Positions 8,658 through 15,127 of a stretch of DNA of 24,000 nt are shown piece after piece. Below the pieces are notes generated by a model. That model did no database searches and was not told the DNA's origin. It was given only the letters and a program-made list of their open reading frames with translations. The stretch covers positions 10,738 to 34,737 of the forward strand of contig NZ_JANIBL010000051.1 in assembly GCF_024505055.1 (NCBI RefSeq). Direction: 5' to 3'. A program made the translations under genes and the position numbers. Source of the DNA: Methylomonas rosea (lineage in GTDB: Bacteria > Pseudomonadota > Gammaproteobacteria > Methylococcales > Methylomonadaceae). Positions within the stretch are counted from its first letter, which is position 1; each line of letters starts with the position of its first letter.

Positions 8658-8738
8658 CAGTAGAAAGTAAACGTGCTAACCCACCATTGGGGAAATGGTG
8701 GTAATAATAGCCAGCAGGGTTGGGAACACGTTAATCAT
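8631..8738 (-). other. Candidate small transcript of about 108 nt. Either a leaderless 20-codon hydrophobic ORF (MINVFPTLLAIITTISPMVG, 8676-8738) or an sRNA.
   Basis: Minus strand carries TTGATC (8768-8773), a 17-nt spacer, then TGtTAACAT (extended -10; hexamer at 8745-8750). ATG is 7 nt downstream of the hexamer. An internal 8-bp hairpin lies at 8681-8701, followed by the intrinsic terminator at 8631-8657. Confidence 0.25.
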
Positions 8739-8918
8739 GATGGGATGTTAACAGAGGTCATATTGCCGATCAAAGGATAAACTAGCAGTGCTCGATTTTT
8801 TAGAAATACAACACCGGCTTCCTAAAGCTGCCGATCAATAAAATCCGCGCGAGTAGATTCGCCGCGGCGAATCCCGCCATTTGTATGCCAGCTTGGTTCG
8901 GCTGTTGATAGCGGCGTT

Positions 8919-9380
8919 TCAATTCCTCGCCAAATGTGCCATCCACGCCGCCCGCGCTATCAGCACGATAGCACCGAGAAAACTGATCGTGGTCAACGAA
9001 AAGCTCAGTGCTGCCTGTAGCGGGAAATGCGGTTCGACAGGGATTGTTGCAGCTGCCTTGGGAGTCAGGCCTCTTAGCAAAAACGCCAGCGGATTGAAAA
9101 ATGCGCCAAAGCAACAGGCCGCGATCAACCAATACGGAGGATCGATGGCATATTGGCGGAAGCCCAGGAAAAAGATCAACAGAAACTGCGCCATCATCAG
9201 ATAATCGACATGGGCGCGGATGACGTCGTCGCGTTCCACCAATTGGCCGGCCAACGCACCGTCCGGGAAAAACAGGGTGACGCCCAGCACCCAGGCGATG
9301 GCCAATGCTGTAAGCAGACATAGTCCGCCAAAGCTTAGCAAAATCAGATTGGCGATGGAGACAGGGTTTTGTGCGGTCAT
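8919..9380 (-). CDS. Small integral membrane protein (about 4 TM segments), function unknown.
   Basis: Hydrophobic segments ILLSFGGLCLLTALAIAWVLGV, MMAQFLLIFFLGF, YWLIAACCFGAFFNPLAFLL and LSFSLTTISFLGAIVLIA. The overlapping Arg-rich ORF 8800-9321 is a frame shadow. Confidence 0.7.
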   Translation of the reverse strand: MTAQNPVSIANLILLSFGGLCLLTALAIAWVLGVTLFFPDGALAGQLVERDDVIRAHVDYLMMAQFLLIFFLGFRQYAIDPPYWLIAACCFGAFFNPLAFLLRGLTPKAAATIPVEPHFPLQAALSFSLTTISFLGAIVLIARAAWMAHLARN

Positions 9381-9500
9381 GGTTTTCCTCGTCGAATTGT
9401 TAAGGGATAAGGGCAGGCGGAGCGAAGATTGTTTGGGCTACCGGCTTTGGATTAGACTTCGCCTAAATTTTGTGGCTGGCAGCGACCAGGAGTGTAAACA

Positions 9501-10307
9501 ATGAAGGAAACACCGCGCTTGTACAAACGTGCTGCACTCGGCGATAACCCGTTCGACGCACTATGGGATATTCGCGACGGCCGTACGTATTTCACCGGTC
9601 CTTTGTATTACAACGCCAGCCACCAGCACGGCGCGCCGGTATTTCTGGCTAGCCTCTACGGCAAGTTTCGCTTGCGTCTCCACGGCGGCGATTGGCTGTG
9701 GTGCCGCACTGCCGTTATTCCGGCCGGAGTGTTGCATGAACTGGATGTCGGCGGCGAGCCGATTACCGTACTGTATATCGAGCCTACCGTCGCCGGCGCC
9801 GATGCATTCAAGCCGCTGATCAACAATAGCCGGGCGCTCGACGGCGCCTTGGTCGGCAACGGCGGCGAAATTCGTTTAATGCGCGACTTGTACGAAGACC
9901 GCTACAAGCCGGACTGGACGACGGAACCGCTGCTGGATTTATTAGGATACGCCAAGCGGCGCGCCCACTCCGCCGTCATCGATCCGCGCCTGACGCGTGT
10001 CGTTGATTATTTATCCGAACACGCCGACGACCTGACACCGGTGGTGACCTGGGCCATGCAAGTCGGTTTGTCGCCGTCGCGTTTTCAGCACTTGTTTACT
10101 GAACAAATCGGCGTGCCGTTCCGACGTTATCGCGCCTGGAACCGGATGCGGCAGGCGATTCGTAAAATAATACGCGGCCAAAACTTTACCACGGCGGCAC
10201 ACGCCTCCGGCTTTACCGACTCCGCGCATTTCAGCCACGAATTCCGCAAAACCTTCGGCGCGCCGGCTACGATAGGCCTGCACCGATTGGCGAGGTTGCA
10301 GCTTTAA
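9501..10307 (+). CDS. AraC family transcriptional regulator.
   Basis: C-terminal double HTH: LSPSRFQHLFTEQIGVPFRRYRAWNRM ... GFTDSAHFSHEFRKTFGAP. Divergent from the membrane-protein gene. A tandem TAAGGGA/TAAGGGC repeat lies at 9401-9414 in the shared intergenic region. Confidence 0.9.
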   Translation: MKETPRLYKRAALGDNPFDALWDIRDGRTYFTGPLYYNASHQHGAPVFLASLYGKFRLRLHGGDWLWCRTAVIPAGVLHELDVGGEPITVLYIEPTVAGADAFKPLINNSRALDGALVGNGGEIRLMRDLYEDRYKPDWTTEPLLDLLGYAKRRAHSAVIDPRLTRVVDYLSEHADDLTPVVTWAMQVGLSPSRFQHLFTEQIGVPFRRYRAWNRMRQAIRKIIRGQNFTTAAHASGFTDSAHFSHEFRKTFGAPATIGLHRLARLQL

Positions 10308-10453
10308 GTCTTGCAAAGCCTGTTGCGGCAAAGAGAAGTAGCACATAAGCAGAAACTCGTATTGCGTAAAGGGACGCGGGAACGTTCGAAATGCATGGCG
10401 GCTTACAAACCTTCGTTCCGGTTAGCAAGTCAATCCGTCAATGGCAATTTAAC

Positions 10454-10482
10454 TTGACGCTCAGACCTGTTTTTCATTAAAT
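10454..10482 (+). promoter_or_regulatory. Putative sigma70 promoter driving the FMN riboswitch-ribB transcript.
   Basis: TTGACG (10454-10459), a 17-nt spacer, then TTAAAT (10477-10482). The predicted TSS falls a few nt before the riboswitch P1 stem. Confidence 0.45.
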
Positions 10483-10491
10483 GGCCGCGCT

Positions 10492-10644
10492 TGTGCTCAG
10501 GGCGGGGCGGAATTCCCCACCGGCGGTATCTCGGGTTTGACTCGGGGAGCCCGCGAGCGCCGCAATCTCTGTTGTTGAGAATGAGGGTCAGCAGATCTGG
10601 TGAGACGCCAGAGCCGACGGTCATAGTCCGGATGAAAGAGAACA
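10492..10644 (+). promoter_or_regulatory. FMN riboswitch (RFN element) aptamer.
   Basis: Conserved RFN blocks: cagggcggggcggaattccccaccggcggt, agcccgcgagcg, ggtcagcagatctggtgagacgccagagccgacggt, and agtccggatgaaagagaa. Located directly upstream of ribB. Both track ORFs across it (10430-10756 minus, 10491-10703 plus) are spurious. Confidence 0.92.
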
Positions 10645-10754
10645 GCGCCAAGTATTCCGCACGTTTTATCGTGCCTGGAAGGCTTGTTTCTGCTCGTAAA
10701 TAGTATCTTTCAGCCCTGATTCTGGTACTTCCATAACTTATTAGGAGTTTTACC

Positions 10755-11440
10755 ATGAATCAGACTTTATTGCCCCCTTCGGCGATGCGAACGAACGCGT
10801 GGAATGCGCGTTAGCCGCTTTGCGCCAAGGGCAGGGGGTGTTAGTCACCGATGACGAGGCGCGCGAGAACGAGGGCGACCTCATATTTGCCGCCGAAACC
10901 CTCAGTGTGCCGCAAATGGCCATGCTGATCCGACATTGCAGCGGCATCGTTTGCCTTTGCTTGCCGGAAGAAAAAACCCAATCTTTAGGTTTACCGATGA
11001 TGGCGGAGCACAATTCCAGCCGCTACAGTACGGCTTTTACAGTCTCAATCGAAGCGGCACACGGTGTCACCACTGGGGTCTCAGCGGCCGACCGGGTACG
11101 GACTGTGCACGCGGCGATTGCGGCCGATGCCAAAGCGGAGGATTTACGCCGGCCCGGCCATGTATTTCCGTTAAAGGCCCGTCCGGGCGGCGTATTGGAG
11201 CGTGCTGGTCACACCGAAGTGACGGTGGATTTAATGCGGTTGGCTGGGCTTAAGCCTTACGGTGTGTTGTGCGAACTGACCAACCCCGACGGCTCGATGG
11301 CGCGCCTGGCGGAAATCGTCGAATTTGGCCGTTGCCATCATATGCCGGTATTGACCGTCGCTGATGTGATTGCCTACCGTTTGACACGCGAATCGCCGGC
11401 GTTATCTTTGGTATCGGAACGTTTGACAGCTATCGCTTGA
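10755..11440 (+). CDS. ribB: 3,4-dihydroxy-2-butanone-4-phosphate synthase (RibB), with an apparent 1-nt deletion in a C5 tract near the 5' end.
   Basis: [42 protein letters not shown] and GHTE are RibB hallmarks. RBS aggag (10743-10747) plus ATG 10755 encode MNQTLLPP. The frame is then lost at CCCCC 10773-10777. The intact ORF in the track restarts at GTG 10799. Confidence 0.9.
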
Positions 11441-11442
11441 CA

Positions 11443-11682
11443 CTATTCAGCAACTCTAGCCGTCGCGCTGGGGTTGCTGTTTTTAATCGGATAGTCGTGG
11501 TTATCTAATTTAACCGCAAGAATCTGAGATTTGAGTATCCAAATTAAGCGTCTATTGTTTGCCGATTTGATCTGGTGAACGCGCGACGTCATTGCGGCCT
11601 TACGCGTGGTTTCGCTGAAAAGTGCGGTGGTCCGCAATCCATTTTGTAGCAAAGCTTCGATAACTTTTAAACAATTTTCCAC
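11443..11682 (-). pseudogene. Possible degenerate HigB/RelE-superfamily toxin remnant. Very tentative.
   Basis: SANNRRLIWILKSQILAVKLDNHDY loosely resembles the C-terminal ...RANWRITF...ILNYEDYH of Proteus-type HigB, as recalled from memory. It has a GTG start, no RBS and no antitoxin gene. Its 3' end is the ribB terminator sequence. Confidence 0.15.
11448..11484 (+). terminator. Rho-independent terminator of ribB.
   Basis: CAGCAAC (11448-11454) pairs with GTTGCTG (11473-11479). The stem extends inward through CTAGC/GCTGG with G-U pairs. A TTTTT tail follows at 11480-11484, 8 nt after the ribB stop. Confidence 0.6.
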
Positions 11683-11697
11683 CTATTAGGATGTCAC

Positions 11698-11808
11698 TTG
11701 GCGCTAACCTTAATCATCGGCAACAAAAATTATTCGCCCTGGCCCTTACGTCCTTGGCTGGCAGAGGCGCAAGTAGAAACTGAAATTAGTCAGGCGTTCG
11801 AAGAATGA
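11698..11808 (+). pseudogene. 36-codon remnant of a glutathione S-transferase-family gene (N-terminus only), stop-start coupled to the eamA-family gene.
   Basis: TTG-initiated MALTLIIGNKNYSPWPLRPWLAEAQVETEISQAFEE. The IGNKNYS(S/P)W(S/P)LRPW block is the characteristic N-terminus of a roughly 215-aa GST family. Stop TGA 11806-11808 overlaps ATG 11805 (ATGA). Confidence 0.45.
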
Positions 11809-12725
11809 ATGCGAAGATTTGGGCGGCGTTGTTGGCCGTTTATCTGGTGTGGGGATCGACTTATTTGATGATCCGTTTTGTGGTCGAGACGCTGCCGCCA
11901 TTTTTCTCGGCCGGATTGCGTTTTGTGGTGTCCGGCGTCATTTTGCTGGCTTGGCGGCGTCTGGCCGGTGATGCCGCACCAACCTTGCGGCAGTGGCGTT
12001 CAGCCGCCATTGTCGGCACTTTGTTATTGCTCGGTGGCAACGGTTTGGTCTGTTGGGCCGAACAAACCGTCCCGTCCGGCGTCGCCGCGCTGATCATCGG
12101 TGCCGTGCCTATGTTTCTGGTAATTGCCGACGCACTCAGACCTAACGGCGTCAGACCGGCGCTACGCGTATTGATCGGCTTGGTCATCGGTTTTATCGGA
12201 ATTTACCTGCTGGTCGGTCCGTCGGTGTTTTCGGACGGTATGCCCTTAAACATGTCCGGTGTGGCGGCGCTATTGCTCGCCAGTTTGCTTTGGGCCGTTG
12301 GTTCTATCTATAGCAAGACCGCGGATTTGCCGAAGACGGCGCTTATGACAACCGGCGCGGAAATGCTGGCCGGGGGATTTGCGTTGTTGGTTGTCAGCGT
12401 CCTCAGCGAAAAATGGAGTGTCTTCAGCCTTGCCCAGGCATCGGCCGACTCATGGCTGGCCTTGGTGTATCTGATCGTGTTTGGCTCGATGATCGGTTTC
12501 GCATCTTATGCTTGGTTGCTGCAGAATGCGCCGATTTCGCTGGTTGCGACCTATGCCTATGTTAATCCGCTGGTGGCGGTGTTTTTAGGTAACTGGTTCG
12601 CGCAAGAACCGCTGACGCCGCGCATCCTGAGTGCGTCGGCGATTATCATCGGCTCGATCATCTTTATGAACAGCGCGCACGGTTCGCGGGTCAAGCCGGC
12701 AGCGGCGCGAGGCGTGAGCAAATAA
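11805..12725 (+). CDS. EamA/DMT-superfamily transporter (YedA-like), 10 TM.
   Basis: Two EamA repeats. N-terminus WAALLAVYLVWGSTYLMIRF is typical of the family. Hydrophobic throughout. Confidence 0.88.
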   Translation: MNAKIWAALLAVYLVWGSTYLMIRFVVETLPPFFSAGLRFVVSGVILLAWRRLAGDAAPTLRQWRSAAIVGTLLLLGGNGLVCWAEQTVPSGVAALIIGAVPMFLVIADALRPNGVRPALRVLIGLVIGFIGIYLLVGPSVFSDGMPLNMSGVAALLLASLLWAVGSIYSKTADLPKTALMTTGAEMLAGGFALLVVSVLSEKWSVFSLAQASADSWLALVYLIVFGSMIGFASYAWLLQNAPISLVATYAYVNPLVAVFLGNWFAQEPLTPRILSASAIIIGSIIFMNSAHGSRVKPAAARGVSK

Positions 12726-12944
12726 TGCACCTCGACACAAGTGAACCCACTTGAGTCTCGGCGCTGAATGCAAAAGACGAATTAACAAGCTGTTCCGGCT
12801 GTTGCCGGTCTTGTTGATGACTGGTATCTGCGATCAGTCCAAAATTTCCGAGCGATGGGCGTTGTAAAAATGCCCTACAAAATTTTGATCTGGCAAAAGG
12901 AGTAGAAAGCCACATCCAAATTTTCGTTTTTGTTGCAAACACGA

Positions 12945-13361
12945 TCAGGTTTGCCGGACCCGTGCCGCTTCCTGCAAATCTGCTATTAGCTGCTGCGGCT
13001 CTTCTTGATAGCGGCGCATGAGTTCGGGTGGTGCTGCCGTATGTTTGTCGTAAATCACGCTCCAGCGGCTAATTTCGAGTAGCACAGGGACCAGATCAAG
13101 TGCTTTGTCCGTTAGTTCATAAAACACTTGGCGTTTGTCTTCGGGCTTATGTTTGCGGATAACGAGTCCGTCCGCTTCCATTTTCTTCAATCGCGAAGCC
13201 AGAATGTTAGTTGCGATGCCTTCTTTCGACGTCATCAGCTCTCGGTAGTGCCGTTTGCCACTTAGCATCAGATCGCGGAGTACGATCAGCGTCCATCGGT
13301 CTCCGAACACTTCAAGGGCATAATCGATTGGGCATCTATTTTTGGGCTTCGATTCGGGCAT
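12945..13361 (-). CDS. HxlR family transcriptional regulator.
   Basis: CPIDYALEVFGDRWTLIVLRDLMLSGKRHYRELMTSKEGIATNILASRLKKMEADGLV is the canonical HxlR wHTH. Confidence 0.9.
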   Translation of the reverse strand: MPESKPKNRCPIDYALEVFGDRWTLIVLRDLMLSGKRHYRELMTSKEGIATNILASRLKKMEADGLVIRKHKPEDKRQVFYELTDKALDLVPVLLEISRWSVIYDKHTAAPPELMRRYQEEPQQLIADLQEAARVRQT

Positions 13362-13374
13362 CTGGTTTATTTAC

Positions 13375-13418
13375 TTGCATTTTGCAATTGAAATGGGATA
13401 ATTGGTTGCATATTGCAA
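13375..13418. promoter_or_regulatory. Two tandem dyads TTGCA-N3-TGCAA. Candidate HxlR operators in the hxlR/MAPEG divergent promoter.
   Basis: TTGCATTTTGCAA at 13375-13387 and TTGCATATTGCAA at 13406-13418. Centres are 31 bp apart (about 3 helical turns). The first dyad lies 14 bp from the hxlR start codon. Confidence 0.5.
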
Positions 13419-13469
13419 GTATATCAACCGGGGCTTATTCCGCAAACCACGTTCATAAGGAAATCGTAT

Positions 13470-14018
13470 ATGTCGCCAATGAATTCTACTGCCACCAATA
13501 TCTCGTTGCTGCGGATTTACACAGCTCCTTGCATCATTGTCGGCTCGGTCGTAGCTTGGTTATTCTGGCTATTAGTCGGTGAACATCACTCTGTGCGACC
13601 GGAGTTGCTTGTTTCTCCCATGGCTGCGCTCTTTACGCTGACGGCTTTGGTATGGCTGATTATGGTCGTCGCACGCAATGTTGCCGTTATTCGAGGACAT
13701 GCATCGATCGGGTATTTCGCGGATTACAAGTCGGATATCCCGGCTGATGATCGATTAGAACGTCCGGCTCGAACTTTCAATAATCTGATGCAGGTACCAC
13801 CGCTTTTTTATGTGATTTGTCTATTGATGTTGGTAGTGAAAGAAGCTGACAACGTTCAAATCGCCCTTGCCTGGGCTTTTGTTGTACTCAGGTATGCCCA
13901 TGCATTTATTTATATGGCTTTAAACTGGGTGCCGTATCGCTTCGCGACTTGGGCGTCAAGTTGCATCATTCTAGGTACTCTTTGGTTTCGCTTTGTGACG
14001 GTGGTTGGAATTGGCTAA
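13470..14018 (+). CDS. MAPEG-family membrane protein.
   Basis: RPARTFNNLMQVPPLFYVICLL ... LRYAHAFIYM matches the MAPEG pattern. It has 4 TM segments. RBS aagga precedes ATG 13470. It is divergent from an HxlR regulator, a common pairing. Confidence 0.7.
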   Translation: MSPMNSTATNISLLRIYTAPCIIVGSVVAWLFWLLVGEHHSVRPELLVSPMAALFTLTALVWLIMVVARNVAVIRGHASIGYFADYKSDIPADDRLERPARTFNNLMQVPPLFYVICLLMLVVKEADNVQIALAWAFVVLRYAHAFIYMALNWVPYRFATWASSCIILGTLWFRFVTVVGIG

Positions 14019-14225
14019 GCGTGTATGGAATTCGGGCGGATTGATGACCGTTAGAAATTAATCCAGTGCTCCTGTATTGCTTGCGAAAATCAGTGTCATT
14101 TTCCAGCTGGACCGCGCCGTCTATTAGATCAGGGGTTCCCGATCGCTGAAAGACGCTTTACAGATCCGAAGTTCGTTTCCGCAATGATCACAAGGATTCG
14201 GTAATCAGATTCAACAGCGTGGTTT

Positions 14226-14936
14226 TTATAAAAAACCGAGCATCGCCGCTTTGACGGCTGCCGAGGTTTTGTTGGCTGCATTTAATTTCGTTGCGGCATT
14301 GCTGATATGAAAATTGACGGTACGCTCGGTGATTTTCATGATGCTGGCGATTTCGCCGGAAGTCTTGCCATCGGCGGTCCAGCGTAATACCGCAATCTCG
14401 CGGTTCGATAATTTCGTATCCGCTTCCGGCAATAATTTGGGTAACAATCTGCGCGACAAGGCAATATGCGCATTTTGGGCCAACCACGCCATTTTGAAAG
14501 CCTTGGCCGCAAGCTCTGTTTCGCTAAGTGTCTCATCGGAGCGCGCTAAAGTGAGCATGCCGGTTGCGCCGGGGGAATCCCGCATGGATTGCGCCCAACC
14601 ATAACGTAACCCGAACGAACGCGCTTCCTCCCAAAAGTCCGCAGTTGAGGCGAACAAACCGTCCGTCCACAGGATAGGCAAGGACGAGCGTAGGGCATGT
14701 TTAACGGTAGGATCGATCGCACAATAGTTTCTTGTCTGATATTGCGCTTGCCAAGCCGTAGGATAATTACTCTTTTTCACGATCTTCGGATTGCTCAGCG
14801 GTAGCGCCAACCTAAGTCCGTAGGTGCAGTAATCAAAACCCAATTCCGCTCCCATTGAAACAATAGTTTGAAAAATCTGATGTTCGCTATCGCAAGTCTG
14901 CAGTGCTTGAAGTTGAGTTTCTTGCCAGGCTTTCAT
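14226..14936 (-). CDS. LuxR-family acyl-homoserine-lactone receptor/transcription factor (236 aa). No luxI is present in the window.
   Basis: Autoinducer-binding residues W62, Y66, D75, P76 and W90 have exactly the TraR W57/Y61/D70/P71/W85 spacing. C-terminal HTH LSNREIAVLRWTADGKTSGEIASIMKITERTVNFHISNAATKL. The start is placed at MKAWQE by alignment of the Trp to LasR W60. Confidence 0.9.
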   Translation of the reverse strand: MKAWQETQLQALQTCDSEHQIFQTIVSMGAELGFDYCTYGLRLALPLSNPKIVKKSNYPTAWQAQYQTRNYCAIDPTVKHALRSSLPILWTDGLFASTADFWEEARSFGLRYGWAQSMRDSPGATGMLTLARSDETLSETELAAKAFKMAWLAQNAHIALSRRLLPKLLPEADTKLSNREIAVLRWTADGKTSGEIASIMKITERTVNFHISNAATKLNAANKTSAAVKAAMLGFL

Positions 14937-15028
14937 CGATTTACTGTCGTTAAAACTGTTCGAAAGGGTGAATGCGCCGAAACACAATGTGCGGAATAGA
15001 TTTCGGCAATGCAAAATGACGATACGAG

Positions 15029-15050
15029 CTGTCAATATTAACAGTTGTTA
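15029..15050. promoter_or_regulatory. lux-box-like dyad, copy A: CTGTCAATATTAACAG plus TTGTTA.
   Basis: CTGT-N8-ACAG with 7/8 palindromic pairs. It is 19/22 identical to 20119-20140. It sits in the luxR (14936) / GNAT (15128) intergenic region. A -10-like TTTAAT lies at 15068-15073. Confidence 0.55.
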
Positions 15051-15127
15051 GGCGATTGCAAATAGCGTTTAATCCAACAAAGTTGGTTTATGCCGACAGC
15101 CAGCCCTTTGATTTTTAAACCGTAACC

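Noticed and set aside
8800-9321. A 173-aa minus-strand ORF overlapping the membrane-protein gene. I also considered a frameshift joining it to the 8919-9380 CDS, and a 26-codon ORF MAGFAAANLLARILLIGSFRKPVLYF.
   Set aside because: The translation is Arg/Pro/Gly-rich shadow sequence. The 153-aa membrane protein looks complete with 4 TM segments. The short 3' ORF has no RBS, and its sequence is largely the 18-bp palindrome. I cannot exclude a frameshift without homologues.
10430-10756. ORFs of 108 aa (minus) and 70 aa (plus) upstream of ribB.
   Set aside because: They cover the FMN riboswitch aptamer and expression platform. The conserved RFN sequence blocks explain this region.
10773-10777. 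Programmed ribosomal frameshifting at the C5 tract in ribB.
   Set aside because: I see no recognisable slippery heptamer plus downstream stimulatory structure, and I know of no precedent for recoding in ribB. Two other genes in the window show the same one-base deficit, so a sequencing or mutational indel is the simpler explanation.
12726-12944. An 83-aa minus-strand ORF (12691-12942) and small hairpins (CAAGTG-aacc-CACTTG at about 12738-12753) in the convergent eamA/hxlR gap.
   Set aside because: The ORF has no RBS, an odd composition and no recognisable motif. The hairpins are short and lack T-tails. I could not support a gene or a terminator call.
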